Virus record (IMG/VR): IMGVR_UViG_3300012936_005865
Span: 1 to 61,562 of that record
Strand: one strand, 5' to 3'
Length of the DNA stretch: 61,562 nucleotides
From: a virus
Taxonomy: Duplodnaviria > Caudoviricetes
The notes below the pieces were generated by a model that made no database searches, was not told the DNA's origin, and was given only the letters and a program-made list of their open reading frames with translations. The position numbers and the translations under genes were made by a program. Numbering within the stretch: position 1 is the first letter of the stretch; each line of letters opens with the position of its first letter. Of this stretch, positions 44,462 to 52,792 are shown in pieces.

Positions 44462-45730
44462 ATGTCTAATTGGAATTTAAGTGATTTGGAAGAATGGGAC
44501 GACAAGATATGCGAAATAGCAAAAAGTCACGGCCTAGATTGGTATCCTATAACGTACGAGACTTGTGATTATTACGAAATGATTGGCAACATGTCTTATC
44601 ATGGGATGCCAACACATTATGGCCACTGGTCATACGGTAAATCTTTTGAAGTACAACATGCGCAGTATCAACAAGGCATGACAGGATTGCCATATGAGCT
44701 AATAATCAACTCCGACCCATGTATTTCATATCTAATGCTAGAAAATCCGTTATATTTACAGATTCTTATTATGGCACATTGCGTAGGGCATAGTGACTTT
44801 TTTAAGATGAATAGAAATTTTATGCACACAAGAGCAGAGACTGTGGTGCCTAGAATGAGAAACGCAAAAAAACGAATACAAAAGTATGTAGAAGACCCGG
44901 GAATAGGTATCGAACAAGTCGAAGAAATAATTACTGCTTGTCATTCAATATCATATCAAGTCCCAAAAATGCCTGTGAATCTTCGGTTACTGAAAGAAGA
45001 ATACGATGAATTTGAACCGGATAGAAAAGGTAACCCACCTTATCAAGAGTATGATATTTTGGGATTTATTGAGTCATTTGGGACAAACAAAGAAACCTGG
45101 ATCAATGATATTGTTTCTATAATAAGAGATGAAGCACATTATTTTATGCCACAAATTAGATCAAAAGTAATGAACGAAGGATGGGCTTGTTTTTGGCACT
45201 ACAAGATACTTCATGAATTGAATTTACCTCAAAAGCTTCACCTTCCGTTCCTGAAGTCTCACAACCAAGTGGTTAGACCACACATCGGAAGAATCAATCC
45301 GTATCATCTAGGATTTTATCTTTTTAACAAAATAGAAGAAAGGCACGGAATACAAGAATGTTTTGTTGCAAGAGAAGTCCATAATGATGAATCTTTTATC
45401 AGACACTATCTTACGCACGAAGATTGCGAAGAATTAAACCTATTTTCTTTTACCAGCAACAAAGAAGAGTATATAGTTGAAAATGTATCTGATGATGAGG
45501 GGTGGAAGGAAGTGAAAAAGACTCTGATAAATCAAGTTGCCGGGAATTCTATTCCGGTGATCTATGTTGATGGGATTGGACCTTCTGATACATTGATTTT
45601 GCATCATGAACACGAAGGCAGAGATTTAAAAATAGATCATGCAAACCAGGTCGTAGAACATTGCAAATTGTTGTGGGGAAGCGACGTTAAATTAATTACA
45701 ATGGTAGATGACGCGCCATACGAAATCTAG
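44462..45730 (+). CDS. spoVR: SpoVR/YcgB family protein
   Basis: GMP.HY.HWS.GK, YELIINSDPC..YL, AHC.GHSDFFK, MNEGWA, NPY.LG. Confidence 0.93.
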   Translation: MSNWNLSDLEEWDDKICEIAKSHGLDWYPITYETCDYYEMIGNMSYHGMPTHYGHWSYGKSFEVQHAQYQQGMTGLPYELIINSDPCISYLMLENPLYLQILIMAHCVGHSDFFKMNRNFMHTRAETVVPRMRNAKKRIQKYVEDPGIGIEQVEEIITACHSISYQVPKMPVNLRLLKEEYDEFEPDRKGNPPYQEYDILGFIESFGTNKETWINDIVSIIRDEAHYFMPQIRSKVMNEGWACFWHYKILHELNLPQKLHLPFLKSHNQVVRPHIGRINPYHLGFYLFNKIEERHGIQECFVAREVHNDESFIRHYLTHEDCEELNLFSFTSNKEEYIVENVSDDEGWKEVKKTLINQVAGNSIPVIYVDGIGPSDTLILHHEHEGRDLKIDHANQVVEHCKLLWGSDVKLITMVDDAPYEI

Positions 45731-45743
45731 GAGCAAATTAAAG

Positions 45744-47666
45744 ATGTCGAAATTTCTAAAAATTATTAAAAAACAGCGAGATCAGAAAAAAGATAAAAAA
45801 TTCAAAGGGACTTTTCTAGAATATCTAGAACTATTAGAAAAAGATCCTAGTATTGCCAAAACAGCTCACAAAAGACTTTATGATGCAATTTCTAGCAAAG
45901 GCTCAAGAACTTTGCCGGATGAAGACCCTAGAAAAAGAAGCATTTTTGGAAATGAAAATGTTCAAGTATATGAATATTTTGACAAAGAATTTTTTGGCAT
46001 GGAAAACGTTATCGAAAAATTAATGAGATTTCTTCGCGGTGCTGCAATGAGAGGAGAGGAATCTAGACAGGTTCTTTTGCTCATGGGCCCTGTCGGTGCC
46101 GGAAAATCAGCATTAACAGAGCATATCAAGGCTGCGGTCGATGGACTTAAGTATTATCATCTGGAAGACGACCCACAGAAAGGAGAGCCGCTTCAACTAG
46201 TTCCAAGAGGATTAAGAAAAGAATTTGAGTCTATGCTAGGTGTCAAAATAGAAGGTGATCTTTCTCCTGTGGCAAGGTGGAAACTTCTGAACGAATACGA
46301 AGGCAAATACGAGAAGTTCAAAGTAATAGAGTCCACTATTTCTCAAAGAGGTCGCAGAGGCATTGCTTCTGTACCTCCAATGGATGCAAATTCGCAAGAT
46401 GTCAGTGTGCTCATCGGGTCAGAAGACATTTCTAAGCTTGACAAATTTTCCGAAGATGATCCTCGAGTTCTTAATTTGACCGGTGCATTTAACATTGGCA
46501 ACCGAGGCATAGTTGAACTTATTGAAGTGTTCAAAAACGAAATAGAATTCTTGCATACGATTATTACAGCAACGCAGGAAAAAAGAGTTCCGTCACCTGG
46601 AAAACACGACATGGTATTTTTTGATGGCGTTATCCTTGCGCATTGCAATGAATCTGAATGGAATCGCTTTAAATCAGAACATACCAATGAAGCGATACTT
46701 GATCGTGTCGTCAAGATCAATGTACCCTACATATTAGAACTAGATCAGGAATGCAAGATCTACAAAAAAATTCTATCTCGTTCCGATTTTGACGCTCACA
46801 TTGCTCCTCATACCATTAAGGTTGCATCAATGTTTTCTGTAATGTCTAGACTAAAGCAATCTAATAAGTGTGATCTCTTGACAAAAATGAAAATTTATAA
46901 CGGCGAAGAAGTGATTGAAAAAGGCCGTGTTAAGAAAATTGACATCAAAGACCTTCGGGAAGAAGCTCGTGATGAAGGCATGAAAGGAATATCGACTAGG
47001 TTCATCTCAAAGGCGATTGATCATGCTCTTACTGATACATCAAAAAAATGCGTTACTCCGATTGGTGTTATGAAGTCTCTTACAAAAATGGTAAAAGAAC
47101 AAATTGTTGATAATGATTTCAGAGAACGATGTTTGGAAATTATTCAGCATTCTGTCCGAGAAGAATATCTCAAGATCCTAGAAACAGAAATTGCTAAGGC
47201 TTTTATTACAGCCTACGAAGAACAAGCCCAGAGTCTGTTCGACACATATCTTGATAACGCAGAGGCGTACACTACAAAACAAAAGATTCGAGATCAAATC
47301 ACTGGAGAAGAAAGATCTGCAGATGAAAAATTCATGAAATCTATCGAGGAAGTCATTGGAATCACAGGTTCGTCTAGGCAAGGATTTCGTTCAGATGTGA
47401 CAGCCTATATGTTTGCCAAGCTGCGACATGGAGAAAAAGTAGATTATACGTCTTACGAACCTCTGAAAGAAGCTATCGAGGCATATCTGATTAATTCAGT
47501 CAAAGATATGGCTCGAATCGTTACTAAATCTAAGTCCAGGGACGACGATCAGAAAAAGAAACATAACGACATGGTACAGACTTTGATAGAAGAGTATGGA
47601 TACAATGAAGACTCTGCAGAAGAAATCCTGACTTATGCATCAAACAATCTGTGGAGAGATAGTTAG
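45744..47666 (+). CDS. prkA: PrkA/YeaG family AAA+ serine protein kinase
   Basis: FFGME, LLMGPVGAGKS, NRGI.E.IE.FK, HCNE.E, EA..DR, APHT, EGM.GISTRF. Confidence 0.93.
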   Translation: MSKFLKIIKKQRDQKKDKKFKGTFLEYLELLEKDPSIAKTAHKRLYDAISSKGSRTLPDEDPRKRSIFGNENVQVYEYFDKEFFGMENVIEKLMRFLRGAAMRGEESRQVLLLMGPVGAGKSALTEHIKAAVDGLKYYHLEDDPQKGEPLQLVPRGLRKEFESMLGVKIEGDLSPVARWKLLNEYEGKYEKFKVIESTISQRGRRGIASVPPMDANSQDVSVLIGSEDISKLDKFSEDDPRVLNLTGAFNIGNRGIVELIEVFKNEIEFLHTIITATQEKRVPSPGKHDMVFFDGVILAHCNESEWNRFKSEHTNEAILDRVVKINVPYILELDQECKIYKKILSRSDFDAHIAPHTIKVASMFSVMSRLKQSNKCDLLTKMKIYNGEEVIEKGRVKKIDIKDLREEARDEGMKGISTRFISKAIDHALTDTSKKCVTPIGVMKSLTKMVKEQIVDNDFRERCLEIIQHSVREEYLKILETEIAKAFITAYEEQAQSLFDTYLDNAEAYTTKQKIRDQITGEERSADEKFMKSIEEVIGITGSSRQGFRSDVTAYMFAKLRHGEKVDYTSYEPLKEAIEAYLINSVKDMARIVTKSKSRDDDQKKKHNDMVQTLIEEYGYNEDSAEEILTYASNNLWRDS

Positions 47667-47917
47667 CCTAATTTTTTGATCATATCTAATTTTTTAGCTC
47701 GAGTCATTTTTTTGATTCGGGCTTCTTTTTTACCTGCCTGTGATCTATTTTCGACTTCTATATTCCATACCATTTTTACAGGCCGACGTGATCTAGTATA
47801 TTTTGCCGATCGTGAACCATAGTTGTGTTCCAGTAATCTTCTGTCTAGATCGGTAGTGATTCCAGTATAAAGAGTTCCATCGGCGCACTCAACTATGTAT
47901 ACAAACCATTTATTCAT
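47663..47917 (-). CDS. GIY-YIG nuclease (YhbQ/UPF0213-like)
   Basis: VYIVEC.DGTLYTGITTD..RR..EHN.G...AKYTR.RRPV. Confidence 0.9.
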   Translation of the reverse strand: MNKWFVYIVECADGTLYTGITTDLDRRLLEHNYGSRSAKYTRSRRPVKMVWNIEVENRSQAGKKEARIKKMTRAKKLDMIKKLG

Positions 47918-47948
47918 GTAATAATTTATCCATTCAATGGAGGTTATA

Positions 47949-48110
47949 GTGATTAATATTAATATAGGAATGCCAGAATTTTTGTTAATTTTTTCTTTGG
48001 GAATGTATCAAAATTCCCAAACTATAGCAATTACCGCTTTTTGTCTTGCGGTTTTTGCCTCGGTCTGCAAATTTGCAATGACTCAAAAAGATTCTATAGA
48101 TGAGCAATGA
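47949..48110 (+). CDS. small membrane protein (53 aa)
   Basis: Read manually; GGAGG RBS, GTG start, ATGA overlap with 48107. Confidence 0.45.
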   Translation: MININIGMPEFLLIFSLGMYQNSQTIAITAFCLAVFASVCKFAMTQKDSIDEQ

Positions 48111-49297
48111 AATATATATTTTCAAAAGATGTTGACAAAAATTATGTAACAAAAATTCTTTCCAGAGCAAGATTACTCTGGAAAAAAGATACTCTATTAA
48201 AAAATAAAATAATAGGTCCGGCATCTGTATACAGAATGATTTTCGAAGATAACCCAAGAGGAAAAGATAAATTAATTAAGGACATATTATTAGACGCTCT
48301 TGTTTCTTGTGAAAGCCAGGTACCAGGTTCTATTACATATTTTGCAGATGATTTGCCAAATATGAACGAAGTAAAAACTCACGGCCGGATGGGAACTAGT
48401 CAGATAAGAAAAGAAATTTTATCTATTCCTGTTGGCGATTTGTCTAAGGAAATATACAAAAACGTTTGTAATTTAATGGGTCCGGAAACTAAGATAGTAG
48501 TAAAGAAAAATCCAAGACCAAAAACAATAATAGAATTATCGTCTGGATTCAAAATACCGATCGGTATAGAACCGCTATTTTTCAAAAATATACCCGAAGA
48601 ATCTATAGATATATCAGACGTTGAAATTATATTAATAGAAGGTTCACCTGATAGTATAGGTGAGATTAACTATATACTAGAAAGATCGCATAATGATAAT
48701 GTCAACATCCTGTTGATTTGTAGGTCCTTTTCGGAAGAAATAATTGCCACACTTTCCACGAACTGGATGAGAAATTCTCTACGAATTATTCCTGCAGTTT
48801 ATGGGAATAACATCGATAGTGTTAATTTACCTCCAGACATCTGTGAGATTACCGGAGTGTTTCCTATTACGCCAAAATTTGGTGATTCTATTTCTGTTGC
48901 AATATGTAAAAAAGAAAAATATGGATATGCAAAAAGTATCAACATAAATGATTTTACATGCACAATTCAATCTAATAAAAACGTTGATGCGTACCGGGCT
49001 GATCTTTCTCAGAGAATGGAAAAAGAATTAGATAAAGAAAAGCAAAAAATACTTTCTGATAGAATATCGTCTCTTTCTTCTGAATTAATTACTGTTCTGG
49101 TTCCTGAAAAAGAAATCGTAGTGTTTGAGGAAATTGATGCGATGTTTAAAATTCATACTCAGTTTTCCAAATCTGGTTTTATAGAATTCAATAACAAAAA
49201 AATACCTATGTCGATATGGAAATGTGCAGCAGAGCATAAGATGCTCTATTACAACTTAATAGATTCTATAGGGGGAGTTCTTTTGATTGATGATTAA
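48107..49297 (+). CDS. divergent chaperonin (Cpn60/GroEL-like)
   Basis: GF.I, IILIEG...SIGEI..ILE, LLICR.FSEE...TL..N, D..I...TG resemble the apical domain; no GDGTT. Confidence 0.6.
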   Translation: MKYIFSKDVDKNYVTKILSRARLLWKKDTLLKNKIIGPASVYRMIFEDNPRGKDKLIKDILLDALVSCESQVPGSITYFADDLPNMNEVKTHGRMGTSQIRKEILSIPVGDLSKEIYKNVCNLMGPETKIVVKKNPRPKTIIELSSGFKIPIGIEPLFFKNIPEESIDISDVEIILIEGSPDSIGEINYILERSHNDNVNILLICRSFSEEIIATLSTNWMRNSLRIIPAVYGNNIDSVNLPPDICEITGVFPITPKFGDSISVAICKKEKYGYAKSININDFTCTIQSNKNVDAYRADLSQRMEKELDKEKQKILSDRISSLSSELITVLVPEKEIVVFEEIDAMFKIHTQFSKSGFIEFNNKKIPMSIWKCAAEHKMLYYNLIDSIGGVLLIDD

Positions 49298-49619
49298 AAA
49301 ATTATATGACTATATACAAACTAAAATTTTATCATTATTATGGCCAAAGAGATACTTAATAACTACAGGAGATCATAACGTGCAAAATTTATTGACTACA
49401 TATCTGGACATTACAAATTTAATGAAAGAAAAAGTAATATCCGAAATTGTTCAGGCGGTTTCGTCCGGAGATTTAGATATTACGATCGATCAGAGAAATA
49501 AATTAATGGCTGTAATTTCTGCCATTTTAACAGACACTGCAGCTACAGGATATGAAACTTTACAAATTGTTGCAAAAGAAGAATTAAAGACTGTGACTAC
49601 GAAAAAGAAAAAGAAATAA
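49287..49619 (+). CDS. hypothetical protein
   Basis: Operon-coupled ORF; start may be GTG near 49380 (GGAG RBS). Confidence 0.55.
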   Translation: MMIKKLYDYIQTKILSLLWPKRYLITTGDHNVQNLLTTYLDITNLMKEKVISEIVQAVSSGDLDITIDQRNKLMAVISAILTDTAATGYETLQIVAKEELKTVTTKKKKK

Positions 49620-50077
49620 TGGAAGGAATCAAACACATAATTGAATGCCATTGTGTTTTGCCGCAATATAAAAATGTAACAAAGCCTGTTTATCATAAAT
49701 TTATTGTTTTTTCCATAATAGACGATTCAAAAACAATAATTCCAAAACATGCAAGTTGTAACAATTGCGGTGTTATACATAACGTTTATGATGTTTGTAA
49801 ATCAGAAATTTTGCCTGGGAAAGAACTTGGTGCCGTTATGCAGATTGACGACTGCAAACTCATGCTTCCAAATACCGTTGTTAACGTTCTAGAAAACTAC
49901 AATAGGTCTATAGAAGATTACGAACATGTATTGTTTATTTTACAGAACAAAAAATGGGGAAGTCATGTTGTAGTAAACAGAGAAGAAGAAGACGGCGTCG
50001 TATCCGGAAAAATATTAAAAATATCAGGGCCTGGACAATATAGAATAGAGCCATTTTCTCTATCGAGGACAATATGA
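49619..50077 (+). CDS. Cys-rich (zinc-binding) hypothetical protein
   Basis: HIIECHC and CNNCG..H.V..VC. Confidence 0.7.
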   Translation: MEGIKHIIECHCVLPQYKNVTKPVYHKFIVFSIIDDSKTIIPKHASCNNCGVIHNVYDVCKSEILPGKELGAVMQIDDCKLMLPNTVVNVLENYNRSIEDYEHVLFILQNKKWGSHVVVNREEEDGVVSGKILKISGPGQYRIEPFSLSRTI

Positions 50078-50307
50078 AAGTTTTTGGAAAATCAAGTGAA
50101 GAACAAACAATAGAAGAGAGAGCAAAAGCAAGAGAAATATGCCAGGTCATATTAGATTATGGCGTAAATCAAAATCAAATAAACCACATAATATATCTTT
50201 TGGCGTTAGAACTAGAAGATAACAAATTAATGCAAGAAATAACACAGATAATAAAAAACAACAAAGAGGACGAAAGTTCAAAAATACTAACAGGAGAAAC
50301 AAAATGA
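50074..50307 (+). CDS. hypothetical protein
   Basis: GAGG RBS, ATGA overlap. Confidence 0.65.
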   Translation: MKVFGKSSEEQTIEERAKAREICQVILDYGVNQNQINHIIYLLALELEDNKLMQEITQIIKNNKEDESSKILTGETK

Positions 50308-50504
50308 GCAATCAAGTTCAAGATAAATGGTCCGAAATTAAAACTCTTATCGAGTCAATTGAGTTGGATGTCCACAAAAATGCTGGAGGAAATGCTTCTG
50401 CGGGTGTTCGAGCTCGAAAGGGTTTGCGTCTGTTGAAAAATTACGCTTCGGATTTAGTAAAAATGACCATTGACCTAGATAAAGAAAGAAAAAACACAAA
50501 ATAG
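50304..50504 (+). CDS. histone H1-like nucleoid protein (Hc1 family)
   Basis: D..K...GNASAGVRARK.L..LK signature. Confidence 0.8.
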   Translation: MSNQVQDKWSEIKTLIESIELDVHKNAGGNASAGVRARKGLRLLKNYASDLVKMTIDLDKERKNTK

Positions 50505-50524
50505 TTTTTAATAATCTAGCATTT

Positions 50525-50550
50525 AAAAGGGAGATTATTATCTCCCTTTT
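50525..50550. terminator. bidirectional intrinsic terminator
   Basis: AAAAGGGAGAT-tatt-ATCTCCCTTTT between convergent genes. Confidence 0.85.
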
Positions 50551-50566
50551 GTTTTTAGAATGATAT

Positions 50567-50815
50567 TTATAGATGACCGTACAATTGCTTTAATTTGCTC
50601 AAGGCAGACTTTTCTATTTGACATATGCGCATTCTAGTTAATCCGAATAAATCACCTATCTCCTGCAGAGTTCTGCTTCCTTCTTTGGCAGCTATTAGCA
50701 CACAATTATTTTTGCTCTTGCAATTTATCCAATATTTACAGGATGATTTTTTACAAGAAGATTTGAATTCCAGATGGGCATTATAACATGTTTTGTTTTT
50801 CACAATCACCTCCAT
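50567..50815 (-). CDS. Cys-rich protein with sigma70 region 4 HTH
   Basis: TLQEIGDLFGLTRMRICQIEKSALSKL; N-terminal Cys cluster; start may be GTG 50803. Confidence 0.85.
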   Translation of the reverse strand: MEVIVKNKTCYNAHLEFKSSCKKSSCKYWINCKSKNNCVLIAAKEGSRTLQEIGDLFGLTRMRICQIEKSALSKLKQLYGHL

Positions 50816-50822
50816 ACTTGAT

Positions 50823-50851
50823 ATCATAATACATGAAATCAATTTTTACAA
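50823..50851 (-). promoter_or_regulatory. sigma70-type promoter TTGTAA-N17-TATGAT
   Basis: Minus-strand motif upstream of the sigma-region-4 gene. Confidence 0.65.
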
Positions 50852-50860
50852 GGAAATAAA

Positions 50861-52186
50861 ATGAGTAGAAAAATTTTCGTCGTTGACACCAGCGTCATGC
50901 TCTATGATAAAAAAGCCATTAAAAACTTTTCTGGTAATGACATTGCATTACCGTTGTGTATCCTAGAAGAACTAGATAAGTTTAAAGATAGACCAGGATT
51001 ACTAGGAGATTCCGCTAGATATGTAAATAGGTTTCTTGATCAAATGAGAGACGCGGAAAAGGATCCTGGCGGATGGAGATTATATAGCGAAAAAGACATG
51101 CGTTATCGATTTGTTACAAAAAAACTAGAAGCATGGATACCAGATGGGCTAGATTCTACTTACAACGACAACCAGATTATTGCTTGCGCAAAATATCTTC
51201 AGGAAATTCATAAAGATGTATGCGTAATAGTGATTACAAAAGATATCAACCTTAGGGTCAAGTGTGATGCTTGTGGTGTTGTTGCAGAAGACTATTTTGC
51301 TGATCATATTGAAGAAGAGGCTACGAACCTTTCTGGATATGTCAAGGTCGATTTAGAATCAGAAGAAATAGATAAATTTTTTGAAGACGGATCCATAGAA
51401 TACAAAGATCCCTTGCCGGAAAACACTTTTGTGATTGGAAAATGCGATTCAAAATCTTTGCTAGGAAAAAATATAGGAGGAAGAATAACCACATTAAATT
51501 ACAAACTCGATGGTAAGGTTTCTGTCACTCCTAGAAATTCAGAACAAAAATTTGCAATTGAAGCTTTATTAGATCCGCACATTCCTTTGGTTACTCTTAC
51601 TGGATTGGCTGGATCCGGAAAGACTTTTTTGGCCCTTATGGCAGGCTTATCCGGATTGCAATCACAGTTTCCTTTCAGTCAAGATTCTCTTACTGAAGAA
51701 TTAAAAATTGGATATGACAGGCTTGTTATAACCAGGACTCTTCAGCCTGTAGGCAGAGACTTAGGGTATCTGCCTGGATCGATGGAGGATAAGATGCAGC
51801 CATGGCTAATGCCTATCTTAGATAACGTCAGACACGCTTTTAAGGACGTTTCAAGATTCAAAGACATGATCACTCAAGGCGAGATCGAAGTCGCGCCTAT
51901 ACCATATATACGAGGCCGTACGTTCAATAATTGTTTTGTCATTGTGGATGAAGCGCAAAACGCAACTATCCATGAGTTAAAAACAATTATTACTAGAATG
52001 GGGACTGGCTCAAAAATAGTTCTTCTCGGTGACATAGACCAGATTGATACACCGTATATAGACCGACAATCAAGTGGTTTGAGTATAGTTATAGATAAGT
52101 TTCAAAAATCATCATTGGCAGCTCACGTAAACTTATCTAAAGGTCAAAGATCTGGATTGGCTACTGAGGCTGGCCTTATTCTATAA
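50861..52186 (+). CDS. phoH: PIN-domain PhoH-family protein (PhoH2/YlaK type)
   Basis: PIN VVDTSV, EELD..K, ND..I, ITKD.NLR; GLAGSGKT, LGYLPG, IRGRT, DEAQN, GD..QID. Confidence 0.93.
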   Translation: MSRKIFVVDTSVMLYDKKAIKNFSGNDIALPLCILEELDKFKDRPGLLGDSARYVNRFLDQMRDAEKDPGGWRLYSEKDMRYRFVTKKLEAWIPDGLDSTYNDNQIIACAKYLQEIHKDVCVIVITKDINLRVKCDACGVVAEDYFADHIEEEATNLSGYVKVDLESEEIDKFFEDGSIEYKDPLPENTFVIGKCDSKSLLGKNIGGRITTLNYKLDGKVSVTPRNSEQKFAIEALLDPHIPLVTLTGLAGSGKTFLALMAGLSGLQSQFPFSQDSLTEELKIGYDRLVITRTLQPVGRDLGYLPGSMEDKMQPWLMPILDNVRHAFKDVSRFKDMITQGEIEVAPIPYIRGRTFNNCFVIVDEAQNATIHELKTIITRMGTGSKIVLLGDIDQIDTPYIDRQSSGLSIVIDKFQKSSLAAHVNLSKGQRSGLATEAGLIL

Positions 52187-52196
52187 CGGAGGCACC

Positions 52197-52532
52197 ATGT
52201 CGAGCACTACATTTAAGAATTTTGATAAGCAAAGATTTAGAAAAACATACCCCACTAGAAGACGAAGACCGGTAACAGCCCTGATATCTGATTCCAATTT
52301 TACTTTGGAATCCACTAGCTTAGGTTTTACAGAATCTTCCGGGGTGACTTCCGCCACCTATAATTTTACAAAGTCGTACGTTAATTCGCCTACTGTAACC
52401 TATGGTGTGCACTCAACAAACGGTGATATGGTCGTTGTTAGAATATCAAGTATCAGCACAACTTCTGTAACGATAGAAGTTTCGGCTCCATTTGATGGGA
52501 CAGTTGATCTACAAATCCTGGAGGTTCAGTAA
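52197..52532 (+). CDS. small beta-rich virion/tail-associated protein
   Basis: Thr/Ser-rich, F...Y...P.VT and SAPF.G; precedes tail fibre. Confidence 0.55.
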   Translation: MSSTTFKNFDKQRFRKTYPTRRRRPVTALISDSNFTLESTSLGFTESSGVTSATYNFTKSYVNSPTVTYGVHSTNGDMVVVRISSISTTSVTIEVSAPFDGTVDLQILEVQ

Positions 52533-52783
52533 TGCCTAGCAACATCATAGAAGAGGGAGTTGTTGCTTTTACTTTAGAGTCTCAAAAGACTGTAACACTA
52601 CAACAGTTTCCATTACCTACCGGGTACAAAATAACCTTTATTGCGCAATCCTCTGGTGAATCATCTGTTGTTGGTCTTGCAAACCTTCAGGTTTCCGGAA
52701 AAGTAACTGGAGCTACCCTTGTTATTAATACATCATCTCCATTCACGGGCAATATATATTACTATGTAAGTTCCATTAGTTAG
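52532..52783 (+). CDS. small beta-rich virion/tail-associated protein
   Basis: SSPFTG.I.Y ending similar to preceding ORF. Confidence 0.55.
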   Translation: MPSNIIEEGVVAFTLESQKTVTLQQFPLPTGYKITFIAQSSGESSVVGLANLQVSGKVTGATLVINTSSPFTGNIYYYVSSIS

Positions 52784-52792
52784 GAGTTAAAA

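Noticed and set aside
47663-47917. Homing endonuclease/mobile intron
   Set aside because: Only 84 aa, no DNA-binding extension, YhbQ-like, and does not interrupt a gene
50567-50842. Full sigma factor
   Set aside because: Only region 4 is present; too short and lacks region 2
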